Source: Limimaricola sp. (GTDB taxonomy: Bacteria; Pseudomonadota; Alphaproteobacteria; Rhodobacterales; Rhodobacteraceae). From it: a DNA stretch of 64,000 bases. The translations under genes and the position numbers were made by a program. How positions within the stretch are numbered: position 1 is the first letter of the stretch; the number at the start of each line of letters is the position of its first letter. The notes beneath the pieces were generated by a model. It ran no database searches and was not told where the DNA came from. It worked only from the letters and a program-made list of their open reading frames with translations. This document shows, in pieces, positions 17,876 to 28,426 of this stretch. The stretch is taken from assembly GCF_016125575.1 (NCBI RefSeq), contig NZ_WGLM01000001.1, positions 201,128-265,127 on the forward strand. The letters are read 5' to 3'.

Positions 17876-18703
17876 ATGACCGTCATGACCCATGTCCAGC
17901 CTGCCCAGACGGTGCCGCAGCCGCGCGCGCGCGGCCTGCTGCGATTGGCCCTGCGGCAGGCCCGCGGCGCGGCCCGGATCGACAGGCTGCATCAGGCTGG
18001 ATCGCTCAAGGTGCTGTTCCCGCGCGAGGCAGGGCCGGCGCTGGAGGCGGTGCTGCTCAATACCGCGGGCGGACTGACGGGCGGCGACCGGATGGAAGTG
18101 GAGATCGCGGCGGGGGCGGGCGCGCGCGCCGTGATCTCGACCCAAGCGGCCGAGCGGGCCTATCGCGCGCCGCCGGGCCCCGCCGCCGAGGTCGAGGTGC
18201 GCCTGCGCGCCGAACCCGGTGCGCGGCTGGACTGGCTGCCGCAGGAGACGATCCTCTTCGAGGGCGCAAAGCTGGACCGGCGCCTCAAAGCCGAGCTCGA
18301 TTCTGGCGCGACTGCATTGATCGTCGAGCCGGTGATTTTTGGCCGCATGGCGATGGGCGAAGTTCTGCGTGACGCGCATCTGCATGACCGCTGGCAGATC
18401 CGCGTGGGCGGGCGGCTGGTGCTGGCCGATGCGCTGCGGCTGGCCGGCGATGTGCAGGCGCAACTGGCGCGGGCCGCGGTGGCAGGCGGCGCCGGCGCAA
18501 TGGCCACGCTGTGCCTTGTGGGCCCGGGGGCCGCAGCGAAACTGGGCCCGGTCCGCGCTTTGGGTGCCGCCGCCAGCCTGATCCGTGACGAGGTCCTGTT
18601 TCTGCGGATGCTGGCCGTCGACGGGCAGGCCTTGCGCCGGGCCCTCATTCCGGTGATCGAATGCCTGACGGAGGCATCGCTGCCAAAAGTCTGGAGATTG
18701 TGA
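17876..18703 (+). CDS. ureD: Urease accessory protein UreD
   Basis: MTVMTHVQ...LNTAGGLTGGDRMEVEI...DWLPQETILF is the UreD pattern. It is the first gene of the urease cluster. Confidence 0.9.
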   Translation: MTVMTHVQPAQTVPQPRARGLLRLALRQARGAARIDRLHQAGSLKVLFPREAGPALEAVLLNTAGGLTGGDRMEVEIAAGAGARAVISTQAAERAYRAPPGPAAEVEVRLRAEPGARLDWLPQETILFEGAKLDRRLKAELDSGATALIVEPVIFGRMAMGEVLRDAHLHDRWQIRVGGRLVLADALRLAGDVQAQLARAAVAGGAGAMATLCLVGPGAAAKLGPVRALGAAASLIRDEVLFLRMLAVDGQALRRALIPVIECLTEASLPKVWRL

Positions 18704-18706
18704 ACG

Positions 18707-19009
<303 letters not shown>

Positions 19010-19064
19010 GGATCGGTTTTTCTGGCGAAAACCCGATGCCTCCGGCGGGAGTACTTGGAGCAAG

Positions 19065-19385
19065 ATGAAGGGGATGGCGATGGTTCCGGGCGAAGTGATG
19101 GTGGCCGAGGGCGAGATCGAGCTGAATGCCGGGCGCGCGGGCGTCTCGTTGCAGGTCGCCAATACCGGCGACCGGCCGGTACAGGTGGGCAGCCATTTCC
19201 ATTTCGCCGAGGCCAATGCGGCACTGGATTTCGACCGCGCGGCGGCGCGCGGCATGCGGCTGGATATCGCCGCCGGAACCGCGGTTCGGTTCGAGCCGGG
19301 ACAGCGGCGCGAGGTGCGGCTGATCGCGGTCGCGGGCGCACAGCGCATCTTCGGGTTCAACCAGCATGTGATGGGAGACCTCTGA
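19065..19385 (+). CDS. ureB: Urease subunit beta
   Basis: [17 protein letters not shown]...[11 protein letters not shown]. The start may instead be ATG 19074 or 19080. Confidence 0.95.
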   Translation: MKGMAMVPGEVMVAEGEIELNAGRAGVSLQVANTGDRPVQVGSHFHFAEANAALDFDRAAARGMRLDIAAGTAVRFEPGQRREVRLIAVAGAQRIFGFNQHVMGDL

Positions 19386-21094
19386 TGCCTGCCCGCATTT
19401 CCCGCCGCGATTATGCCGCGATGTTCGGCCCCACCACCGGCGACCGGGTGCGACTGGCCGATACCGACCTGGTGATCGAGGTGGAGCGGGACCTGACCAC
19501 CTATGGCGAGGAGGTGAAGTTCGGCGGCGGCAAGGTGATCCGCGACGGGATGGGGCAGTCCCAGGTGACGCGGGCGGCCGGCGCCGTGGATACCGTCATC
19601 ACCAATGCGCTGATCGTCGACTGGACGGGCATCTACAAGGCCGACGTGGGGCTGCGCGACGGGCGGATCGTCAAGATCGGCAAGGCGGGCAACCCCGACA
19701 CGCAGCCGGGCGTCGACATCGTCATCGGGCCGGGGACCGAGGCGATCGCGGCAGAGGGCCGCATCCTGACGGCGGGGGGGATCGACAGCCATATCCATTT
19801 CATCTGCCCCCAGCAGATCGACGATGCGCTGCATTCGGGCATCACCACGATGATCGGCGGCGGCACGGGCCCCGCGCATGGCACGCTGGCCACCACCTGC
19901 ACGCCGGGGCCTTGGCATATCGGGCGGATGCTGCAATCGGCCGATGCCTTTGCGATGAACCTGATGTTCGCAGGAAAGGGCAATGCCAGCCTGCCCGCCG
20001 CGCTGGAAGAACAGGTGCTGGCCGGTGCGGCCTGCCTGAAGCTGCACGAAGACTGGGGCACGACGCCCGGCGCCATCGACTGCTGCCTGTCGGTGGCCGA
20101 TGCGATGGACGTGCAGGTGATGATCCATACCGATACGCTGAACGAATCCGGGTTTGTCGAGAACACCGTCAAGGCGATGAAGGGCCGCACGATCCACGCC
20201 TTTCACACCGAGGGGGCGGGCGGCGGCCATGCACCGGACATCATCAAGATCTGCGGGGAAGAGCACGTGCTGCCTTCCTCGACCAACCCGACGCGGCCCT
20301 TTACCGTCAACACGGTGGACGAACACCTCGACATGCTGATGGTCTGTCATCACCTCGACAAGTCGATCCCCGAGGACGTGGCCTTTGCAGAAAGCCGGAT
20401 CCGGCGCGAGACCATCGCGGCCGAGGACATCTTGCATGACATGGGCGGGTTTTCCATCATCGCCTCCGACAGCCAGGCGATGGGCCGGGTGGGCGAGGTG
20501 CTGATCCGCACCTGGCAGACGGCGCACAAGATGAAGGTACAGCGCGGGCGGCTGGCCGACGAAACCGGCGCGAACGACAATTACCGCGTCCGCCGCTACA
20601 TCGCGAAATACACGATCAACCCCGCGCTGGCGCATGGCATCTCGGGCCATGTCGGCAGCATCGAGGAGGGCAAGCGCGCGGACCTCGTGTTGTGGCACCC
20701 GGCGTTTTTCGGTGTAAAGCCCGAGATGGTGCTGATCGGCGGGACCATCGTCGCGGCCCAGATGGGCGACCCCAATGCCTCGATCCCGACGCCGCAGCCG
20801 GTCTATACAAGGCCAATGTTCGGCGCGTTCGGGCGGTCGGTGGAGCGCTCTGCCGTGACCTTCGTCAGTGCCGCGGCGCAGGATGCGGGCGTCGGCAAGG
20901 CGCTGGGCCTGGCCAAGGACACGGTGGCGGTCGCCGGGACGCGCACGATCGGCAAGCGCGACCTGAAGCTGAACGACGCGCTGCCGAAGGTAGAGGTGAA
21001 CCCCGAGACCTACGAGGTGCGGGCCGATGGCGAGTTGCTGACCTGTGAGCCGGCCGAGGTGCTGCCGATGGCGCAGCGCTACTTCCTGTTCTGA
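19385..21094 (+). CDS. ureC: Urease subunit alpha
   Basis: [29 protein letters not shown]...[14 protein letters not shown]...MVCHHL, 569 aa. The start overlaps the ureB stop (TGATG). Confidence 0.97.
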   Translation: MPARISRRDYAAMFGPTTGDRVRLADTDLVIEVERDLTTYGEEVKFGGGKVIRDGMGQSQVTRAAGAVDTVITNALIVDWTGIYKADVGLRDGRIVKIGKAGNPDTQPGVDIVIGPGTEAIAAEGRILTAGGIDSHIHFICPQQIDDALHSGITTMIGGGTGPAHGTLATTCTPGPWHIGRMLQSADAFAMNLMFAGKGNASLPAALEEQVLAGAACLKLHEDWGTTPGAIDCCLSVADAMDVQVMIHTDTLNESGFVENTVKAMKGRTIHAFHTEGAGGGHAPDIIKICGEEHVLPSSTNPTRPFTVNTVDEHLDMLMVCHHLDKSIPEDVAFAESRIRRETIAAEDILHDMGGFSIIASDSQAMGRVGEVLIRTWQTAHKMKVQRGRLADETGANDNYRVRRYIAKYTINPALAHGISGHVGSIEEGKRADLVLWHPAFFGVKPEMVLIGGTIVAAQMGDPNASIPTPQPVYTRPMFGAFGRSVERSAVTFVSAAAQDAGVGKALGLAKDTVAVAGTRTIGKRDLKLNDALPKVEVNPETYEVRADGELLTCEPAEVLPMAQRYFLF

Positions 21095-21225
21095 GGCGGG
21101 CCATGATCCGGGCCATGACGCGGCTGCAAGGCGGGAGTGCGCAAAGGGCAGTTGTGCCCGGTGCCGTGGGGGATATGTTGCCGGGCAGGGGAGGAAACAA
21201 CCTGTGATCACACGAGGTGTTTCCA

Positions 21226-21453
21226 ATGGCACAGACTGTAACCGCCTTTCATGGCAATGGATTTTCGTTGCGCGCACTGGCCGCGCGGGTGGCGGCGGGC
21301 GTTTCGCGGGCCGTCGTGCGGATGACCGAAGCGGGGCCGCATGCCGCCGAGATCAAGCGGCTGAACGCGCTCAGCGACGCGCAACTGGCCGCGATGGGCA
21401 AGACCCGGGCGGGCGAGGTGCGGCGCATCTTCGGGGCGCATTACTACATCTGA
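21226..21453 (+). CDS. Small DUF1127-like protein inserted in the urease operon
   Basis: 75 aa. The C-terminal EIKRLNALSDAQLAAMGKTRAGEVRRIF follows the DUF1127 pattern (L..LSD..L.D.G..R..I). GAGG lies about 8 nt before ATG 21226. Confidence 0.55.
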   Translation: MAQTVTAFHGNGFSLRALAARVAAGVSRAVVRMTEAGPHAAEIKRLNALSDAQLAAMGKTRAGEVRRIFGAHYYI

Positions 21454-21466
21454 GCGGTGCCGCGGC

Positions 21467-21919
21467 ATGAGCGCGCCCGATCTTCCGCCCGCCGTCGCGG
21501 TGGTGCAGGGGGGGGCGGCCATCGCCACGCTGCGGCTGAGCTACGAAGAGCGGCTGGTGCGGCGCAAGCGGCTGGCCACGCTCGAAGGGCCGATGGTGCT
21601 GGTGGACCTGCCGCAGGTCGCCAGCCTGAACCACGGCGACCGCTTGCGGCTGGCCGACGGGCGGCTGGTGGCGGTCGAGGCCGCGGCCGAGCCGCTGATG
21701 GACATCCGGGGCGATCTGCCGCGGCTGGCTTGGCACATCGGCAACCGGCATGCGCCCTGCCAGATTGAGACCGACCGACTGCTGATCCGGCGCGACGTGG
21801 TGCTGGAGAAGATGCTGGCGGGGCTTGGCGCGCGGGTCACCCACCTGATGGCGCCCTTCACGCCCGAGGGCGGGGCCTATGGCCACGGGCGCACCTTCGG
21901 ACATGACCATGCGCATTGA
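21467..21919 (+). CDS. ureE: Urease accessory protein UreE
   Basis: 150 aa with a His-rich C-terminus [12 protein letters not shown]. Its position is as expected in the cluster. Confidence 0.85.
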   Translation: MSAPDLPPAVAVVQGGAAIATLRLSYEERLVRRKRLATLEGPMVLVDLPQVASLNHGDRLRLADGRLVAVEAAAEPLMDIRGDLPRLAWHIGNRHAPCQIETDRLLIRRDVVLEKMLAGLGARVTHLMAPFTPEGGAYGHGRTFGHDHAH

Positions 21920-22550
21920 CGACCTTCTGACGCTGGCGCAGTGGCTGGCGCCGACATTTCCGACCGGGGCCTTCGCCTGGTCGCACGGGCTGGAAGCGGC
22001 GGTGGCGGGGGGCGAGGTGCGCGATGCGGCGGGCCTGGCCGACTGGCTGGCCGCGGTGATCGACCTTGGCGCGGGGCGGGCCGACTGCATCCTGCTGGGC
22101 GCGGCCTGGCGGGCCGAGGCGGACGAGGTCGCGGCGCTGGCCGAACTGGCCGATGCGCTGGCCCCCTCGCGCGAGCGGCGGCTGGAAACATTACAGCAGG
22201 GCGCGGCCTTCGCCGCCGCGGTGCGCGCGGTCTGGGGTTTTGACCTGCCCGACATTGCGCTGCCGGTGGCGGTGGGCCGGGCGGCGCGGCTGGCCGGGCT
22301 GCCCGCGGGGCCGGTCGCGGCACTGTGGTTGCAGGGCTTTGCCGGAAACCTCGTGCAGGCGGCACTGCGGCTGATGCCCCTGGGCCAGACCGCGGGGCAG
22401 CGGGTGCTGCACGGCCTGCAGCCGCTGATCGCGCGGGTCGCGACCGAGGCGCTGGCGGCCACGCCCGATGACATCGGCACCGGCACGCTGGCCGTCGACA
22501 TCGCGGCGATGCGGCACGAGGCGCAGTATTCCCGGATCTTCCGGTCGTGA
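21903..22550 (+). CDS. ureF: Urease accessory protein UreF
   Basis: [24 protein letters not shown] is the UreF pattern. The start is ambiguous (ATG 21879, 21903 or 21909). Confidence 0.85.
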   Translation: MTMRIDDLLTLAQWLAPTFPTGAFAWSHGLEAAVAGGEVRDAAGLADWLAAVIDLGAGRADCILLGAAWRAEADEVAALAELADALAPSRERRLETLQQGAAFAAAVRAVWGFDLPDIALPVAVGRAARLAGLPAGPVAALWLQGFAGNLVQAALRLMPLGQTAGQRVLHGLQPLIARVATEALAATPDDIGTGTLAVDIAAMRHEAQYSRIFRS

Positions 22551-22576
22551 CCGGGGCGGGCGAGAGGGAGGCAGCG

Positions 22577-23191
22577 ATGAGCGGGAACGGACCCCTGAAG
22601 GTGGGCATCGGCGGGCCGGTGGGCGCGGGCAAGACGACGCTGACCGCGGCGCTGGCGCGTGCGCTGAAGGACCGCCTGAGCCTTGCCGTGATCACCAACG
22701 ACATCTACACGCAGGAAGATGCCGAGGCGCTGATGCGGATGCAGATCCTGCCCGAAGACCGGGTGATGGGCGTGGAAACGGGGGGCTGTCCGCATACCGC
22801 GATCCGCGAGGATGCTTCGATCAACCTCGCCGCCGTCGCAGAGATGCGCAGCCGTCATCCCGATCTGGACCTCGTGCTGATCGAAAGCGGCGGCGACAAC
22901 CTGTCGGCCACGTTCAGCCCGGAACTGGCCGACCTGACGATCTATGTCATCGACGTGGCCGCGGGCGAGGAGATCCCGCGCAAGGGCGGCCCGGCGATTA
23001 CCCGCTCGGACATCCTTGTCATCAACAAGACGGACCTCGCGCCTTATGTGGGCGCGAGCCTTGAAGTGATGGAGCGCGACGCGACGCGGATGCGCGCGGG
23101 CCGGCCGTTCCTGTTTGCCAGCCTGAGGCATGGCAAGGGGGTGGAAGAGGTTGTCGACCTCATCGGGCAGATCGGCGGCATCGGTCCCTGA
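22577..23191 (+). CDS. ureG: Urease accessory GTPase UreG
   Basis: [12 protein letters not shown]-loop, [28 protein letters not shown] precedes ATG 22577. Confidence 0.95.
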   Translation: MSGNGPLKVGIGGPVGAGKTTLTAALARALKDRLSLAVITNDIYTQEDAEALMRMQILPEDRVMGVETGGCPHTAIREDASINLAAVAEMRSRHPDLDLVLIESGGDNLSATFSPELADLTIYVIDVAAGEEIPRKGGPAITRSDILVINKTDLAPYVGASLEVMERDATRMRAGRPFLFASLRHGKGVEEVVDLIGQIGGIGP

Positions 23192-23192
23192 A

Positions 23193-23246
23193 GGGGGGCG
23201 CTGCCCCCGCTGCGCTCCCCCCGGAGTATTTCGAGCCAGAAGAAGG
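23193..23246 (+). repeat. Intergenic repeat family, copy 2
   Basis: A GC hairpin (GGGGGC-gct-GCCCCC) is followed by GGAGTATTTCGAGCCAGAAGAAGG. Confidence 0.7.
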
Positions 23247-23254
23247 CCCGATGT

Positions 23255-24721
23255 TTAGCCGATGTAGCGGCGCAGGGTTTCTGCGACGCCGTTGGTCCAG
23301 AGGCTGGCCAACTGTTCTGTGAAAGCCGCGGCGAAGGCCTGGTTCTCGCCCAATGCGCCGAAGATCGTGGTGTTGCCGATGAAGGCGTCGGCGTTGTCCT
23401 TTGCGGCCAGCGCGCGCGCCTTGAGGTCGGCGGCAGCCTCGTCATTGGGCGGGATTGGCTGGCCCGCCTCGTCGGTCCCGGCGCAGTAGCGGCACCAGAG
23501 GGCGACTTCGAGCGCGAGACCCGTGATCGGGCTGCCCTGTGCCAAAGCATCGCGGAGCATTGGCAGGATGAACTTGGGCTGGCGGTTTGACCCGTCAAGG
23601 CAAAGGCGCGGGATAGTGTCGCCCACCTCGGGGTTGGAGAAGCGCGCGATGATCGTCTGCTGGTAGTCGCTGTAGCTGACGCCCGGCAACGGCGCGAGGG
23701 TGGGGATGATCTCGCGCGTTTGCAGCGCGCCCAGCCAGTCGCGGATCAACGGATCTGCCATGGCGTCATGCACGAAGTGATGGCCCAGCAGCGCCGACGG
23801 ATAGGCAATGGCCGCGTGACCGCCGTTGAGGATGCGCAGCTTCATCAGCTCGTAGGGCGCGACATCGGCCACAAACTCGGCCCCCACCTCTTCCAGCGCG
23901 GGGCGGCCCTGCGGGAAGTTGTCCTCCAGCACCCATTGCCGGAACGGCTCGCAGGCAACGGGGACGGCATCGATCAGGCTGAAACGGTCGGCCACCATCG
24001 CGCGTTCGCGGTCCGAAGTGGCGGGCGTGATGCAATCGACCATCGAATTGGGGAAGGCCACGTTGGCCGCGACCCAGTCGGCAAATGCGGGGTCCGACAG
24101 GCGGGCAAGCCCCACGACCGTGCGCTGGCAGACATGGCCGTTATGCGGAAGGTTGTCGCAGGTCATCACGGTGAAGGGGGCCGCGCCCGCGTCGCGGCGG
24201 ACGCGCAGGGCGGCGAGGATCATCCCGAAGGCCGAGCGCGGCGTGTCGGGGTGGGCGGCATCATGGACCATGTCCGGATGGGCCGCGTCGAACCCGTCGG
24301 TCTTGGCGTCGACGTAATAGCCGCCCTCGGTCACGGTGAGCGAGACGATGCGGATCGCCGGGTCGGCCATGCGGGCGATGGTGGCGGCGGCCTCGACCGG
24401 GCAGAAATCGATCATCGCGCCCACGACGCGGGCATTCAGGCCGGTCGGGTCAAGCTCGACCACTGTGGTCAGCCAGTCCTGTGCGGCAAGGCGTTCACGC
24501 ATCACCGCGTCGGCGGGGCGCACGCCTGCGCCGCAAATCGCCCAGTCATGGTCGCGCCCGGTGGCGAACAGCCGGTCGAGATAGACGGCCATGTGTGCGC
24601 GGTGGAAATTGCCCACCCCGATATGCAGGATTCCGGCCTTGAGGCCCGCGCGATCATAGCCGGGGCCGGCGACGTTTACTGGCAGGTCGGCCAGCGCGGC
24701 AGAGGTTAGAGGTGTCGGCAT
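23255..24721 (-). CDS. mtlK: Mannitol 2-dehydrogenase (long-chain mannitol dehydrogenase family)
   Basis: MPTPLTS...GILHIGVGNFHRAHMAVYLD. It is the last gene of the smo-type polyol operon, and its start overlaps the smoS stop. Confidence 0.9.
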   Translation of the reverse strand: MPTPLTSAALADLPVNVAGPGYDRAGLKAGILHIGVGNFHRAHMAVYLDRLFATGRDHDWAICGAGVRPADAVMRERLAAQDWLTTVVELDPTGLNARVVGAMIDFCPVEAAATIARMADPAIRIVSLTVTEGGYYVDAKTDGFDAAHPDMVHDAAHPDTPRSAFGMILAALRVRRDAGAAPFTVMTCDNLPHNGHVCQRTVVGLARLSDPAFADWVAANVAFPNSMVDCITPATSDRERAMVADRFSLIDAVPVACEPFRQWVLEDNFPQGRPALEEVGAEFVADVAPYELMKLRILNGGHAAIAYPSALLGHHFVHDAMADPLIRDWLGALQTREIIPTLAPLPGVSYSDYQQTIIARFSNPEVGDTIPRLCLDGSNRQPKFILPMLRDALAQGSPITGLALEVALWCRYCAGTDEAGQPIPPNDEAAADLKARALAAKDNADAFIGNTTIFGALGENQAFAAAFTEQLASLWTNGVAETLRRYIG

Positions 24722-25494
24722 CAGCTCATCCAGTTTCCGCCATCGACGTTGTAGGTCTGGGCGACGATGTAGTCGGCTTCGGGCGTGGCAAGGAAAATGG
24801 CCATCCCGGTCAGGTCGGCGGCGGTGCCCATCCGGCCAAAGGGGACGGCGGCGCCCACCTGTTTCTTCTTCTCGCCCGGTTGCAACCCTTCGAGGCGGGC
24901 AAAAAACGCGTCCACCCCGTCCCAATGTTCGCCATCGACCACGCCCGGTGCGATGGCGTTTACGTTGATGCCATGCTTGATCAGGTCCAGACCGGCCGAC
25001 TGTGTCATGCTGATGACGGCGGCCTTGGTTGCACAGTAGACGGCGACCAGCGCCTCGCCCCGGCGGCCGGCCTGGCTGGCCATGTTGATGATCTTGCCGC
25101 CCTTGCCGCGCGCGATCATGGATTTCGCGACGGCCTGCATCGTGAAAAGCGTGCCCGCAACGTTGACCGCGAACAGCTTGTCATAGGAGGCGCGGGTGAT
25201 TTCGACGATCGGCGCGGCCTCGAAAAGGGCTGCGTTGTTGATCAGTATGTCGATGCCGCCCAGCTGTGCCTCGACCGCCGCGATGCAGGCGTCGATACTT
25301 GCCTGGTCGGTGACATCCAGCGCAAAGGCATGCGCCTGCGGCCCGATCTCGGCGGCGGTTGTCTCGGCCGCGGCGACATGGATGTCAGCGATGGCGACGG
25401 TCGCGCCCTCGCGCACGTAGGCCTCGGCGAAGGCGCGGCCGATGCCCCGCGCCGCGCCGGTGATCAGCGCCGTTTTGCCGGCAAGCCGTGTCAT
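24721..25494 (-). CDS. smoS: Sorbitol (L-iditol/galactitol) dehydrogenase, SDR family
   Basis: [20 protein letters not shown]...YCATKAAV...NVDGGNWMS. From memory it closely resembles R. sphaeroides SmoS. Confidence 0.9.
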   Translation of the reverse strand: MTRLAGKTALITGAARGIGRAFAEAYVREGATVAIADIHVAAAETTAAEIGPQAHAFALDVTDQASIDACIAAVEAQLGGIDILINNAALFEAAPIVEITRASYDKLFAVNVAGTLFTMQAVAKSMIARGKGGKIINMASQAGRRGEALVAVYCATKAAVISMTQSAGLDLIKHGINVNAIAPGVVDGEHWDGVDAFFARLEGLQPGEKKKQVGAAVPFGRMGTAADLTGMAIFLATPEADYIVAQTYNVDGGNWMS

Positions 25495-26492
25495 ATCCGC
25501 AGCCCCTTCGCGTCGAAGCGGTGCAGTTTGCCCTCTTCGGGGGTGAGATAGATGGTGTCGCCGTAGCGCAGGCTAACCTCGCCGCCGGCCCGCACGGTGA
25601 TCGCGTCGGCCAGCCCGGTGCCCGTGACGTGGAAGAAGGTGTCGGAGCCGAGGTGTTCGGAAACGCCCACCTTGCCTTGCCATGTCCCCTCGGTCGGCGA
25701 GATGGCGATGTGCTCGGGCCGGATGCCGATGGTTGTGGCATCATGTTTCGCGGCCTCGGCGCCCTCGATCAGGTTCATCCGGGGGCTGCCGATGAAACCG
25801 GCGACGAAGGTGTTGCGCGGGCTTTGGTAAAGCTCCAGCGGGCTGCCCACCTGTTCGATGTTGCCAGCGCGCAGCACAACAATCTTGTCGGCCATGGTCA
25901 TCGCCTCGACCTGATCATGGGTGACGTAGATCATCGTCGTCTCCAAACGCTTGTGCAGTTCGGAGATTTCCAGACGCATGCCCACGCGCAGCGCGGCATC
26001 AAGGTTTGACAGCGGCTCGTCAAAAAGGAAGGCAGCCGGCTCGCGCACGATGGCGCGGCCGATTGCCACCCGCTGACGCTGACCACCCGAAAGCTGGCCG
26101 GGCCGCCGGTCAAGATAAGCGGTCAGGTTCAGCACCTCGGCGGCGCCCGAGACGCGCTTGTCCTGCTCATCCTTGCTCAGCCCCGCCATGCGCAGCGGGA
26201 AGGCGATGTTCTTGCGTACGCTCATATGCGGGTAAAGCGCGTAGGACTGGAACACCATCGCCAGCCCCCGCTTGGCCGGCGGCACCTCGGTCGCGTCGCG
26301 CCCGTCGATCTGGATATGGCCCGAAGACACGTCCTCCAGCCCCGCGATCAGCCGCAGCAGCGTGGACTTGCCGCAGCCCGAGGGGCCGACGAAGACCACG
26401 AATTCGCCGTCCTCGATAGTCAGGTCCAGCGGCGGGATAACTTCGACTTCGCCGAACTTCTTGGTCACCTTGTCGAGCGTGATGCGTCCCAT
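25491..26492 (-). CDS. smoK: Polyol ABC transporter ATP-binding protein
   Basis: [32 protein letters not shown], MalK/UgpC type with a C-terminal TOBE domain. Confidence 0.9.
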   Translation of the reverse strand: MGRITLDKVTKKFGEVEVIPPLDLTIEDGEFVVFVGPSGCGKSTLLRLIAGLEDVSSGHIQIDGRDATEVPPAKRGLAMVFQSYALYPHMSVRKNIAFPLRMAGLSKDEQDKRVSGAAEVLNLTAYLDRRPGQLSGGQRQRVAIGRAIVREPAAFLFDEPLSNLDAALRVGMRLEISELHKRLETTMIYVTHDQVEAMTMADKIVVLRAGNIEQVGSPLELYQSPRNTFVAGFIGSPRMNLIEGAEAAKHDATTIGIRPEHIAISPTEGTWQGKVGVSEHLGSDTFFHVTGTGLADAITVRAGGEVSLRYGDTIYLTPEEGKLHRFDAKGLRI

Positions 26493-26541
26493 GATGGTTT
26501 CCCTTGTTGCGCTGCCGCCGCGCGGCCTGAGCGCCTGTTGC

Positions 26542-27372
26542 CTACTTCACCGCGCCGAAGGTCAGGCCGCGGACGAGTTGTTTCTGGCTGAACCAGCCCA
26601 GCACGAGGATGGGGGCGAAAGCCATCACCGAGGCCGCGCTGAGCTTGGCGAAGAACAGGCCCTCGGGGCTGGAATAGCTGGCGATGAAGGCGGTCAGCGG
26701 CCCGGCATTCGCCGCCGTCAGGTTGAGGGTCCAGAACGCCTCGTTCCAGGCGAGGATGACGTTGAGCAGGATCGTCGAGGCGATGCCGGGCAGGGCCATC
26801 GGCGTCAGCACGTAAAGGATCTCGGCGCGCAAGGTGGCACCGTCCATCCGCGCGGCCTCAAGGATTTCGCCCGGGATCTCGCGGAAATAGGTGAAGAGCA
26901 TCCAGATGATGATGGGCAGGTTGATCAGCATCATCACGATGACAAGGCCGGTGCGCGTGTCGAGCAGGCCCAGCTGGATGAACATCAGGTAGATCGGGTA
27001 AAGCACGCCCACCGCCGGCAGCATCTTGGTGGACAGCATCCACATCAGGATGTCCTTGGTCCGGCGCGACGGGACAAAGGCCATCGACCATGCCGCCGGA
27101 ACCGCAACGACGGTGCCCAGCAGCGTCGAGCCGCCGGCGATCACGATCGAGTTCCACAGGTGACGCATGTAGTCGGATCGTTCCTGCACGACGGCGTAGT
27201 TTTCCAGCGTCCAGTGGAAGAACAGGAACTTGGGCGGCGCGGCAATGGCATCCGCTTCGGTCTTGAAGCTCGTGAGGATCGTCCAGAGGATCGGGAAAAA
27301 GATGAGCAGGCCGACGCCCCATGCGAGCACCGTATAGACAATCTTGCGGCGGGTGGTGACTGAACGGGCCAT
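26542..27372 (-). CDS. smoG: Polyol ABC transporter permease (MalG type)
   Basis: 276 aa from the internal ATG ([19 protein letters not shown]...). The EAA loop is EAARMDGAT. Confidence 0.9.
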   Translation of the reverse strand: MARSVTTRRKIVYTVLAWGVGLLIFFPILWTILTSFKTEADAIAAPPKFLFFHWTLENYAVVQERSDYMRHLWNSIVIAGGSTLLGTVVAVPAAWSMAFVPSRRTKDILMWMLSTKMLPAVGVLYPIYLMFIQLGLLDTRTGLVIVMMLINLPIIIWMLFTYFREIPGEILEAARMDGATLRAEILYVLTPMALPGIASTILLNVILAWNEAFWTLNLTAANAGPLTAFIASYSSPEGLFFAKLSAASVMAFAPILVLGWFSQKQLVRGLTFGAVK

Positions 27373-27419
27373 CTCAGGCTCTCCCGTGCGGGGGTTGCGG
27401 TGTGGCGTGTGCGTGGAAC

Positions 27420-28298
27420 TCAGGCATCGAGGTTCTTTCCGACGATGCGCATGAGGAAGATCGCGACGATGTTGGCAAGGATGATCGCGTAGACGCCGCC
27501 CGCGCTGCCAAGGCCGACGTTCTGACTCTCCAGTACGCGCTGGAAGATCAGGTAGGTCAGCGTTTTGGTGCCGAAGGCGCCCGCGGTGGTGACGTAGATT
27601 TCCGCGAAGATCGACAGAAGAAAGATCGTCTGGATCAGGATCACGATGGTGATCGCGCGCGACAGGTGCGGGATGACGATGAACCAGAACCGCTTGAGTG
27701 CCGGCGCGCCGTCCATCTCGGCGGCTTCCAGTTGTTCGCTGTCCAGCGACTGGATCGCAGTCAGCAGGATCAGCGTGGCAAACGGCAGCCATTCCCAGCT
27801 CACGATCAGGATGATCGAGAACAGCGATTGCTGGCTGACCCAGTCCACCGGGGCCGCGCCGAATGCCCGCCAGAGATGGGCGAAAAGGCCATTGGTGGAG
27901 TCCATGAACATGTTCTTCCACACGAGGCCCGAGACGGTCGGCATTACGAAGAAGGGCGATATGACGAGGATCCGCACGATGCCGGTGCCCCACATCGGCT
28001 GGTCCAGCAGGACCGCCAGAAGCGTGCCGAGCAGCACCGTCACGACAAGGACGCCACCAACGATGATCAGGGTGACCTGGATGCTGGGCCAGAACGAGCT
28101 GGACGTGACAAACCGCGCGTAGTTCTGGAAACCGACCCAATCGAGGCCCTTGCCCAGCGAGTCGCCGCGCAGCGGCAGGTATCTCTTGAAACTGAAGTAG
28201 AGCGTCAGGATCAGCGGGACGAGCATCCAGCCCAGAAGCAGGATGACCGCCGGGGCCATCATCAGTCTTGCGGCGGCGCGGGAATGCTGGGTTGCCAT
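27420..28298 (-). CDS. smoF: Polyol ABC transporter permease (MalF type)
   Basis: 292 aa. The EAA loop is EAAEMDGAPALKRFWFIVIP. Confidence 0.9.
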   Translation of the reverse strand: MATQHSRAAARLMMAPAVILLLGWMLVPLILTLYFSFKRYLPLRGDSLGKGLDWVGFQNYARFVTSSSFWPSIQVTLIIVGGVLVVTVLLGTLLAVLLDQPMWGTGIVRILVISPFFVMPTVSGLVWKNMFMDSTNGLFAHLWRAFGAAPVDWVSQQSLFSIILIVSWEWLPFATLILLTAIQSLDSEQLEAAEMDGAPALKRFWFIVIPHLSRAITIVILIQTIFLLSIFAEIYVTTAGAFGTKTLTYLIFQRVLESQNVGLGSAGGVYAIILANIVAIFLMRIVGKNLDA

Positions 28299-28380
28299 GG
28301 CTGACCTGTTCTTTTGAAGGGTAAGCCGTCCGGGTGGCAGTGATACGGCACCGGGATCGGCAGGCAGGTGGGCGAGAAAA

Positions 28381-28411
28381 GGGGGCGGGGGCCGGGGCGA
28401 ACTCCGCCCCC
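28381..28411 (-). promoter_or_regulatory. Intercistronic GC hairpin after the binding-protein gene
   Basis: GGGGGCGG...CCGCCCCC (8-bp stem; alternative GGGGCG-gagtt-CGCCCC) lies 16 nt downstream of the smoE stop and about 80 nt before smoF. Confidence 0.4.
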
Positions 28412-28426
28412 CGCCAGGAGGAAACC

